A DNA stretch of 63,399 bases, counting the filler, from Octopus bimaculoides (taxonomy: Eukaryota): assembly GCF_001194135.2 (NCBI RefSeq). It is 5 parts of 5 records of this genome, joined end to end, with 100 filler letters (N's around TTAATTAATTAA, not from the genome) between each part and the next. Parts side by side here need not be neighbours in the genome. Positions count along the whole stretch, not along the records: positions 35,566 to 57,797 come from NC_068981.1; 4 more parts are not named here. One strand, 5' to 3'. This document shows positions 36,293 through 47,951 of this stretch, piece after piece. Each line of letters opens with the position of its first letter. Position 1 is the first letter of the stretch. The translations under genes and the position numbers were made by a program. The notes beneath the pieces were generated by a model. The model ran no database searches. It was not told the DNA's origin and was given only the letters and a program-made list of their open reading frames with translations.

Positions 36293-37531
36293 ATATTAGA
36301 ACTATAGATGATGTTACCAAATTTTATTTTACTTTTATTTCCCTCTCTTCATTTATTTGTTTTATCTTTAGCTTTCCTTCTCATTTTTTCTTATTTGTAT
36401 CATCATCATCATCATCATCATTATCATTAGCTTTACTTTATGTGTCCGTACATACAAAGAAAGGCAGACTTGATTTTAGTGAGAAGCATTTTTCAAAACA
36501 AGTGCCAATTTTTGTGTAGGCAAAAATAAAAAGACTGAAAAAAAAAAAAAATGAAGATAGCTTTATGGGGAAAGTACATCTCAAACATATTGAATAGAAA
36601 ACCAAATCCCAATATAAAAGCAACAACAAGAACAACTAAAGATATTAGCAACAACAACAATAATAGTAATAATAGTAATAATGATAATAACAACAACAAC
36701 AACAACACCAGTAAGTTTCCTTGCCCTAGATGTCAGGAAGGCACTCAGTAGGAAATGGAAACAAAACTGGAAGGAGAAGAAAAACTCATATATTTTAATG
36801 ATAATAATCCTTTCTATTAAAGACATAAGGCCTGAAATTTGGGGGAGGGGACTAATTGATTACATCGACCCCAGTGTTTTACTGGTACTTAATTTATGAC
36901 TCCAAAAGGATGAAAAGCAAAGTCGAACTCAGCGGAACTTGAAATCAGAATGTAAAGATGGACAAAATGCTTGGCGTGCTAACAATTCTGCCAGTTCACC
37001 ACCTTACAACAACAAAAACAAAAACAACAACAACAATGACAACAGCAACAACGGTGAATATCCTTGCCCTAGATGTCAGGAAGACTCTCAGCAATAAATG
37101 GAAACAAAATTGAAAGAAGAAAAACTTACAATAATAATAATAATAATAATAATAATAATTGATAATACTAAATGATAACGAGTTCTATAAATTTAGAAAA
37201 TTTTATATATTTAAAAAAATAATAATAATAATAATAATAATGATCCATGATGATGATGATGATGATGATGATGATAATAAAATTTAAAAGAATAAAAATA
37301 AGCTGTAAGATGTTCAGGTCAATTATTATGGTTCTTCCTTGGCAGCAAAGAGATGATACCATGATGATGTACTAAGTAGTTTCTTTCGAGTATAAATCAT
37401 AAGAATGAAATTACACACAGACACACAGACACTTAGACACACGAGCACACACATACACTCAGGCACACAGCACACACACACACACTCAGGCACACAGACA
37501 CAAACACACACATATATGTATATATGTATAA

Positions 37532-37566
<35 letters not shown>

Positions 37567-37877
37567 CATGTATATATATATGTATTTATATATATATATA
37601 TATATNNNNNNNNNNNNNNNNNNNNNNNNNNNNNNNNNNNNNNNNNNNNNNNNNNNNNNNNNNNNNNNNNNNNNNNNNNNNNNNNNNNNNNNNNNNNNNN
37701 NNNNNNNNNNNNNNNNNNNNNNNNNNNNNNNNNNNNNNNNNNNNNNNNNNNNNNNNNNNNNNNNNNNNNNNNNNNNNNNNNNNNNNNNNNNNNNNNNNNN
37801 NNNNNNNNNNNNNNNNNNNNNNNNNNNNNNNNNNNNNNNNNNNNTATATATAGATAGATAGATATATACATATATAT

Positions 37878-37943
<66 letters not shown>

Positions 37944-38534
37944 CATATATGTATAAATGATGTTAAATGATGCTAAATGATGATGATGATATATGTTGAG
38001 ATACATGTGTAGACATATATATGTGTAAATATTTGATTTCAAGAGCAGATAGAATCGAAAGTGTAACTATTTCTGATATCAAGGCAACATCTGTAATTTA
38101 CCAATTTGGCTTAATCTTCATATGCTCGGAGAAAACAGTATACCATTCCTTAACACTAAGAGAGAGAGAGGTTAATAGAGAGAGAATGGAAGAGAGAGGG
38201 AAAGAGAGAGAGAGGAAGAGAGAAAAGGTTGGAAAAGAAAAGAGAGTCATTAAACAATTGAAAATCAAACTTTTGCTTGTTCTTGATCTCCTAATTATTT
38301 GGATTCTGATGAATTTTGATAGCACGCTTTTGTTTTTTTCTTTTTGCTCTTGCGTTGTCTGATACTTGGTTCTTCTACTGTCTACTTACCCAACACACTC
38401 TGTATTTTCCTCCTACTTCTCTCTCTCTCTTTATTTTTCTTTTCTTTTTCTTTCTTCTCGCTTTTCTTCCTTTTTTTTTCTTTTCCTTCTTTTTCTTCTT
38501 CCTTGCTTACTTTTACTTCTTATCCGTTTTCTTC

Positions 38535-38890
38535 TCTTCCTCCTCCTCCTCCTCCNNNNNNNNNNNNNNNNNNNNNNNNNNNNNNNNNNNNNNNNNNNNN
38601 NNNNNNNNNNNNNNNNNNNNNNNNNNNNNNNNNNNNNNNNNNNNNNNNNNNNNNNNNNNNNNNNNNNNNNNNNNNNNNNNNNNNNNNNNNNNNNNNNNNN
38701 NNNNNNNNNNNNNNNNNNNNNNNNNNNNNNNNNNNNNNNNNNNNTCCTCCTCCTCATCATCATCATCATTATCACCGCCACCTCCACCTCCACCACCAAA
38801 TCCTCCGTAACAACCACCACGACTACAACTACGATGATAATGAATGTCCACCACCACCACCACCACCACCACCTCCACCACCATCATGAC
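38535..38890. repeat. (TCC)n/(CAT)n/(CAC)n trinucleotide block around an N gap
   Basis: Read directly from the sequence. Confidence 0.9.
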
Positions 38891-39552
38891 TATCACTATT
38901 GTTTTAGGATGGCCACGTTGCGTTGGCAAATAGACTTTACTGTACTGCACTGTTACTACAAATTTCTCGCTCAGAGATATAAAATTATTATTATCATTAT
39001 TATTATTATTATTATTATTAAACTTCTTGTTAATGTTCTTTCTTGTTCATTCCTCTTTTTCTTCCCTTTCTGTTGCTTTTAACAAAACTGCCAGAAAGAC
39101 CAAATTTCCAAGCTACTTGCACTTAGTCTTTTTTGTTAGATAACCATCATTTCTCTTAGATTTATGTGTATCTCTTTTACTCTTTATTCAGAAAGATTTA
39201 GAATGTTGGTCTGAAAATGAAATCTGTGGAATTGCAAGGTAAGCAGGTGCTACAATATAATTGGCTGATTAAAATCTGTGTTGTGTGAAAGGGTCTGGGG
39301 TACTTTTCTTTTGGTACCTAAAATTCTTCCGGGTAACATCCCAAGCATTTGTTGTTGTTCAACCAGGCCAACCACGATGGTGATGGCAATGATGATGATG
39401 ATGTTTACAATGATGGTAATGATGATGATGACAATGATGATGACAACAACAATTATGGTGAAAGGCTTATAGATAATTATGTTATTCCTCATAGTGTTCG
39501 CCATATAGTTAGATGATGATATTGATTGCAGTCTCAACATTATAAGTAAGCT

Positions 39553-40598
39553 TTATTTACATTATTTACATTTGATGAATATTTGTCCTCATCTTGTTTG
39601 TTGTTAACACAAAGTTTCGGCTGATATACCCTCTTGGGGAAATTTCTAAGGTATTTTTTGACGTTACTATTATTATTATTATTATTGTTGTTTAGGTCAC
39701 TGACTGGAATTGAACTCAGAATCTTGGGATTAGAAACCTGCACCATATGCCCGTGGGCAATTATGGAGTGAACTTTAGGGCTAATAAAACTAATATTTTC
39801 CTATCCTTCCTTAATACCGGTTCCCATATGCTGTTCATATCTGTACTCGGTCTGCTTAGGAGGTTATTGTGTCCTAGCATATGTGTTGCTTCTTTTAGTT
39901 TCCGTATTTTCCAGTGGTGTTCTCTGTCTATTATTTTAACTTCATCCTACAGGGAGAGGTGGTCTCCATTTTTCCATACATGATCAGCTATACCCGATTT
40001 ATCAATATCTCCTCGTGTCACAGCTTTGCAATGTTCGTCTACCCTTACTTTGAGTGGGCGGTATGTTTTACCTTTGTATAACCTACCACAGCTGCATGGG
40101 ATGGAATACATGCAGTTTTTGGTCATATTCTCTTCTATTGATGGTTTTACTCAAAGGAGATATTTGTGAAGTGTTGTATTACTCTTAAATACTGTCCTGA
40201 TGTCATATAGGCCACATATCTTTTGTATCTTTGTGAGAGGCCTTTCACATAGGGTAGACAGACTGTGGACTCTTAGGGAGACCGTACATGTGTGGTTGTT
40301 TACTGTTGTGTTGAATCAGTTGTATGTACTTCATTGGTGCAAAGTGATCCTTGTTCTTGATCAAGATCTGTGACAACTTCCTCTCTGTTTTCAGAGTTGG
40401 GTTTTTCTTATTTACATTATTTACATTTGACATATATTTGTCCTCATCTTGTTTGTTGTTAACACGTTTCGGCTGATATACCTTCCAGCCTTCATCAGGA
40501 TTCCGAGTTCAATTCCAAGCAGTGACGTGAATAATAATAATAATAATAATAATAATATCGAAAAATACCTTAGGAATGAGAACCCAGAAAGGATAATA
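39553..40598 (-). mobile_element. Internally deleted Penelope-like element: RT N-terminal remnant and GIY-YIG endonuclease between direct terminal repeats, plus an inverted tail
   Basis: HNSKQPHMYGLPK and CMYSIPCSCGRLYKGKTYRPLKVRVDEHCKAVTRGDIDKSGIADHVW...WKIRKLKEA. Direct repeats 39553-39632 and 40408-40500. gagttcaattccaagcagtgac (40505) is inverted relative to ~39695-39717. Confidence 0.85.
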
Positions 40599-40701
40599 GA
40601 TGGAATGCCAAATTGACTGAGTGGACTCCATGTCCAGAAAATCGGAGGAGAAATACATGCAGAAATTGGAATGAAGACTTTGTTAAATTCTTCAGCACTC
40701 A

Positions 40702-41285
40702 AACATGGTTTGATCAATAAGTATCCGGACTGTTGCCATAGTAATGAAGCTAAAACACACAGATTAAAGCTGCTTGATACAGATTGACCTTGAACTCCGC
40801 TGTGCATACACACTAAGTTTTAACATTCTAGCTTACTTCCGCTGTTTACAGTAGTGCTTGGAAGGAAGGTGTGTAGTGTGTGATTGTCGCATTGACCAAG
40901 ACAGAGAAAGTTGAGCAGAGAATCTGCATCAAATTTTGCCAAGAGCTTGGCGATACCTGGTCAGAGGCCTATGCAAAGTTTTCAATAATGGCATTTTTTC
41001 AGCCATCTTGGAAACGTCTGAACCACTTTACACTTTCTGAAACTGTGTGTAGGCCTCTAAGCAGGTATCACCATGACAACTTTCTCTGTCAAGGTCAATG
41101 TGATGATCACACACTACACACATTCCTTCCAAGTACTGCTGTAAACAGTGAAACTGAACTAGAATGTTAAAACTTAGTGTGCATGCACACCAGAGTTCAA
41201 GGTCAGTCTGTGCCAAGTAGCTTCACTCTGTGTGCTTTAGCTTTGTTCCTATGGCAACAGTCTTGATACTTATTGAACAGACCTC

Positions 41286-41288
<3 letters not shown>
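40702..41288. mobile_element. Fold-back mariner derivative made of two facing 5' ends
   Basis: About 210 bp of inverted identity, with terminus TACGAGGTCTGTTCAATAAGTA. Both arms run into transposase N-terminal codons: EQRICIKFCQELGDTWSEAY on +, and GDTCLEAYTQFQKV..KWFRRFQDG on -. Confidence 0.85.
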
Positions 41289-41327
<39 letters not shown>

Positions 41328-41498
41328 CAGACTTCCACACAGTTTTTGTTTACCAAATTCACTCACAGGGCTTTGGTTGACTCTGGGGCTATAGTCAAAT
41401 GCATCTGTCCAAGGTGTTGCACAGTGGGACTGAACCTGAAACCATATGATCACCCCTGTTGGGGCAAGTGAAATCAAAATCATAATTGAACCATACTC

Positions 41499-41884
41499 GA
41501 TGACTGGCACCTGCACTAGTGGAGCACTAACAGCACTGTCTGAGCGTGTTTATTGCCAGAGCAGCTGTCTGGCTTCTGTGCTAGTGGCTTGTAAATAGCA
41601 CCATTTGAGCGTAATCGTTACCAGCATTGCCTTCTAGCACTTGTGCTGGTGGCACATTAGAAAATCATTCGAACGAGGTCGTTGCCAGTGCCGCTGGACT
41701 GGCTCCTGTGCAGGTGGCACGTAAAAAACACCTTTTTGAGCGTGGCTGTTGCCAGTACTGTGTGACTGGCCTTCGTGCCGGTGGCATGTAAAAACACCCA
41801 CTACACTCTTGGAGTGGTTGGCATTAGGAAGGGCATCCAGCTGTAGAAACTCTGCCAGATCAGATTGGAGCCTGGTGTAGCCAT
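41499..41884 (+). mobile_element. Long family A copy running into an N gap
   Basis: Internal repeats ggtggcacgtaaaa and the ttaggaagggcatccagctgtagaaac core. Confidence 0.85.
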
Positions 41885-43990
41885 NNNNNNNNNNNNNNNN
41901 NNNNNNNNNNNNNNNNNNNNNNNNNNNNNNNNNNNNNNNNNNNNNNNNNNNNNNNNNNNNNNNNNNNNNNNNNNNNNNNNNNNNNNNNNNNNNNNNNNNN
42001 NNNNNNNNNNNNNNNNNNNNNNNNNNNNNNNNNNNNNNNNNNNNNNNNNNNNNNNNNNNNNNNNNNNNNNNNNNNNNNNNNNNNNNNNNNNNNNNNNNNN
42101 NNNNNNNNNNNNNNNNNNNNNNNNNNNNNNNNNNNNNNNNNNNNNNNNNNNNNNNNNNNNNNNNNNNNNNNNNNNNNNNNNNNNNNNNNNNNNNNNNNNN
42201 NNNNNNNNNNNNNNNNNNNNNNNNNNNNNNNNNNNNNNNNNNNNNNNNNNNNNNNNNNNNNNNNNNNNNNNNTATATATATATATATACATGTTACAGTG
42301 AGCTTCTACATTCTTTCTATCTTATTTTAAAAGGACATGAGTCAATTCAAGGTTAGAGTAAAAAGACACATGTTGAAGATGTTGAGAAGTAGGATTGAAA
42401 CTGAAGCTACAAGATTGCAAAGAAAAACTACTTAACCATGCAGCCATGCCTATGCATATGTTGTCATTTTTCATTTTGTTTTCTATTTTCTATTTTCATT
42501 TGAGCTCAGACATAAAAACGAAAAGAAAAGAGAATTATACAGAAAAAACTTGAAAGAACCAAATAGTCAAATTCACAGACACAAAATCATTTTATTTCAT
42601 TCAAATAAATTTCCTTTCAATTTTCTGCCAAATTATGTTAAACTGCTTCTCTATCAATATCTTATCAAGTGTATCATAGTTATTTTCCTTTCCCACCACC
42701 CTGTGTTTATTTATTTATTCATTTATTTGTTTTATTTGTTGTTGTTTCATCTTTTCCATGAAATGTCTAGTCATGCCTTTACACGGACAATTTCACACAA
42801 ACATCATAAAATGTTGAACAGGTTAAAACATCCTGAATTATTTTTTGTTTCCTTGTTTTGTTTGTTTTTTTCCTTTTTTTGGTGTTGCTTTTAACATATC
42901 TAAAGCTTTTACGGGAAAAAGATGAATAAATAAAATAAATAGAATAAATAAATAGATAAAATAAATACGTAAAAAATTAAAACAAAAATACACAAATCTT
43001 TGTGACAGAGATTTTCGCTTTTGAATTTTTCCAAAATGGAAGCATGTGTGGTGTTTTTCAATGAAAATGAAAAAAAAATAAGTGAAAAATATTTGAAATG
43101 TTCTTTAAGCAGCATTTGCTTTTACTCATGCATATTACTGCTGTTGCTCTTTTCTTGTTGTTGCTGTTGTTATTATAAAGAGAATGAGAGTAGTTGAGAA
43201 CAGAATTGGTTAGTCTATTACTGGTGGTTGAAGAATATCTCGCAGTATTTGTTTTGGTTCTTTACATTCTGAATTCACTTCAAATTTTGTCATTATTGGT
43301 TTTTGATTTTCATTCTTCTGGGCTCACTGAAGTAAACTACTATTCAAATTTCTATATCTATGTAAGAAATCCTCCTCCTCCCTCCTCTTTCAAACAAGGT
43401 GGAAAGCTGGCAGAATCATTAGCATGCTGGGAAAAATACTTAGTGGTATTTTATTCGTCATTATGTTCTGAATTGAAATTCCACCAAGGTCAACTTTGCC
43501 TTTCATCCATTCAGAGTCAATAAAATAAATACAAGTTAAGCACTGGGGTTGATGTAATCGACTACTCCCTCCTCCAAAATTTCAGGCCTTGTGCCTATAG
43601 CAGAAAGGATTATAATTATTATTATTGTTATTATTATTATTATTATTATTATTAGTAGTAGTAGTAGTAGTAGTAGTAGCAGTAGTTGCAGTTGCTATTG
43701 CTGATATTGTTTAACTCCAAGTCAGTCCTCACTGAGCAGTCTATGATCAAATGTTTTCTTACCATGACCATCACATTGTCTTACAATGTGTTGGAAACTC
43801 AGGATCATATTATCTAGCATATCTTGTTTGGTTTGGTGGTGGGGGGTATGTTTTAATGTTGATTTGGTTGCTTTTTCTAGCAATTCAGGTGGTGCTATTA
43901 AGTTAGACATGACCTGGACCAATCTTTGGTCGAAACATATCTAAGTTTATCTAAGTCGAGAAACAACATAGTCTCCCTCACTGTCTCATG

Positions 43991-44022
<32 letters not shown>

Positions 44023-44489
44023 GGTGTTTGGTGGTGTTTGGTGGTGGTGATGGTGGTGTAGTTGGAGCAGCATGCTGCTGAGTGCTGGACAAATATTAAA
44101 AGCAAAAGTAAAAAGCCACAGTGAACCATATTAATTGAATGCAATCATAAAGATGAATATAAATTACTTTGACGATTGATTTAATGAATTAATTGATGTT
44201 TGCTTTTTATTTCCATATTTTTTCATTATTGTTTTTACAACAGTTTCAGAATTAATTATGTGCAATATATATTCCGCAACATTATTACTGAGATGGCGGC
44301 AAGCTGTTCGAATCATTAAGCTCTCCAGACAAAATGGTTAGCAACATTTCTTTGGGCTTTGCATCCTGAGTTCAAATGTCACCAAGGCTGACTTTGTCTT
44401 TCATCCTTTCAGGATCATGAAAATAAAGTACCAGCTAAGTAATGGTGTTGATGTAAATTGGCTTGTTCCCTATCTCAGAATTTCATGTC

Positions 44490-45045
44490 TTGCGCATGAT
44501 GGAACGTGTGGAGGGGATAGAACCAGGAAGATATGGGATGAGGTGGTGAAATATGATCTTGTTGAGTCTCTCAGAGGAGATGGCAAGGGACTGAGGCTTC
44601 TACTGATGCTGTGCTTGAGGAGACATATCAAGTTGAGTGAAATCCTGGTTGTGGCCGGTATCAGTGACACATAAAAAGCCCTTTTGTCAGTGACATGTGA
44701 AACGTGCCTGAGTTAGTGATATATAAATGGTACCCAGGCTGGTGACATGTAAAACGGCACCTGTGCCAGTGATGCGTAAAAGGCACTTGTGCTGACATAA
44801 AAAGGGCACTGTGTCGGTGACACATAAAAGGTACTCATGCCAGTGTCACATAAAGGGCACTTGTGAAAGACACCCAGTACACTCTGTAATGTGGTTGGCA
44901 TTAGGAAGGGCATCCAGCTGTAGAAACCAAGCCAAAACCAATGACTGGAGTATGGGCAGCTTTCTAGATTATCAGCTCCAGTCAAACCATCTAACCTGTG
45001 CCAGCAGGGAAAAACGGATGCTAAATGATGATGATGATGATGATA
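44490..45045 (+). mobile_element. RTE-type LINE 3' end (C-terminal coding remnant GTCGGDRTRKIWDEVVKYDL) continuing into a family A tail
   Basis: The peptide matches the GRPRKTWDEVVKHDL-type RTE C-terminus and is contiguous with the family A 3' region, tying family A to an RTE partner LINE. Confidence 0.75.
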
Positions 45046-46828
45046 TTGGAGCAAACTCATAAGAAGCGGAGAGAGAACATAAGTTCGTTTGCCTGAACAT
45101 GAAAAATTATTGATTTCTCATTGGTTAAAAATTACTACCCATATACGAATCATGAACTTCGTTGAAGAAGTTGTTCATGGGGTACCGTTCTATGATTCGT
45201 GTATGAGTAGTTATTTAAACCCTGATTTTCGGAAAACTCTCCAGTGATGGTTGGATGCCACTCAAATCCACGACACTCACCCTCTTGAGTATCGGCTAAT
45301 ATTTATGCCATGTTCAATACTCAAATCCAACAATATTGAATTGTTGTGAACTCTTATAGCTAGAATGAAAGATTAGTTAGTATAAATTTAAGTCGTAATT
45401 TTCTGCGACGAAATTACTTTATTTCTAAATGTACTATAATGCCAAAAATGTATATAATAAATTAATGTAGAAACAATATGCCCAGAGTAGAAAGAATTAT
45501 GACTGAGTTTGTGAACTGGTGGAATGGTTATGGCCTTGGACTATACATCTTTGTGATATTTGCTCTGGCATTTTATATTTTGAGTTCTAATACTTCTGAA
45601 CTTAATTTTACCTTTCATCCTTCTGGTGTTGATAAAATAACACCAGCACAGTCCAGTACAATGACCGTGTTTCTTTTAGAGTATTTGGCAAAATTCCTTC
45701 AGTTGTTTTGTTCTGAATCTGTACATGCTGAGCTGAAATCCTACCAAGTTCAAACTTTGCCTTTTTTCTTTAATCTTTTGTCAATAACATGAAATGCTAT
45801 TGCAGTAGCTTGGCTGTGTAGTTAAGAAGCTCACTTTGCAACCAAATGGTTTTGGGTTCAGTGCCACTGCATGACATCTTAGGCAAGTGTCTTCTATTAT
45901 AGCTCCAGGCTGACTAATGAATTGTGAAAGTATTTGGTAGACAAAAACTGTGTGAAAACCTTTTTGTATATGTGAATGTGTGTGTGTGTGTGTGTGTTTA
46001 TAGATATGTTTGTCCCTATCACCACTTGGCAACCAGCATTTGTTTGTTTCCAGCCCCATAACTAAGCTGTTTGGTAAGAAAAATTGATAGAATAAGTACC
46101 AGACTCAAAAAAATAATTACTGAGGTTAATTTATTTGACTTAAACCTTTCAAGGTAGTGCCCCAGCATGGCTGCAGTCCAATGACTGAAGCAAGTAAATT
46201 ATAACAGAGAGATAGAAGACACCAGAATAATTACTGGGGTCAATTTATTTGGCTTCAGCCCTTCAAGGCAGTACCCCAGCATGGCTGCAGTCCAATGACT
46301 GAAACAAATGAAAGGTAATTGGTAAAGATAGATGACACCAGAGAAGCAGCTTGGCAGAATTGTTAAGGCGTTGAGCAAAATGCCTTACAGCATCTGCTTC
46401 TCTCCTCCCCATCCACTTGCAACTTACCCAACAGCATCTCATCTCTCTTTCATTGTCCTGTATACTGTATCATCATTTTTATTCTGTTGCTCCACACTTT
46501 CAGACATCCCTTACTCCACCCACTTTTAGCTTCTCTGTCCCACTCATTCCTGAGCCTGGTGTAGACATCTGGTTCACCAGTCCTCAGTCAAATCGTCCAA
46601 CCCATGCTAGCATGGAAAGCAGACGTTAAACGATGATGATGATGATGAAGGCGGCGGCGGCGGCGGCAATGATAATTTCAAATTCTGCTAAGTGCAATTT
46701 TGTATTTCACTTTTCTGGGGTTGACAAAACAGGGTACCAGTAAGAGGCAGTGGATTGGCAGAATTGTTGAATTGTTTGACAAAATACCTTGTGGTATTTG
46801 CTCCAAATCTTTATATTCTGAGTTCTTC

Positions 46829-46864
<36 letters not shown>

Positions 46865-47344
46865 TTCTATCCCTCTATTATGCTCACCCTAACCTTTCAT
46901 CACTTGGCACTAGGCCACTTCCTTTAATGCCCTCTGACCGCTCTAAGGATCATTGTCTTGCAAATTACTTGGTGACCCTGCCAGTGCTGGTTCATCCAGT
47001 ACATACAGTAAAGTTGTTAGTATTTGGAAGGGTATCCAGCTGTAAAAACCATGCCAAAACAGCTTGCTGGTGCTGGTGCCACATAAAAAGCACTCATTCC
47101 ATTCTGTAAAATTGTTGAAGTTGGAAAGCCGTAAAAACCATGTATAGTTTTCTGCTTAGCCAGCTCCTGTTAAACTGTTTTCTGCCTAGCCAACTGGTGC
47201 AGTCTTCTGCCTAGCTAGCTCCTGTTAAACTGTCCAACCCATGGCAGCATGTAAAATGACATTAAATGATGACAATGACATGTATGTGTGCATACATATG
47301 TATTAATTTATGTATGCAAATACATTTGCCTGTATGTATGTAGC

Positions 47345-47655
<311 letters not shown>

Positions 47656-47913
47656 CAAGCACATGACTCCTATGTATATATATTAATTCATATAGTATGT
47701 ACTTGTGCTATATTTTCTGTACAAAGAACAACCAGTGTGCTAAATATATTGGCTATTGTTTAGACTGTTATTGGCAAATATTCATAGTTTCCGTGGCTGG
47801 AGAGATTGATGGATGGAAAGATGGACCGAAGGAGAGAAACAGAATTATTTACACACAAACATACACACACACATACACATACATATACATATATAGATAT
47901 ATATATATGTATA

Positions 47914-47951
<38 letters not shown>

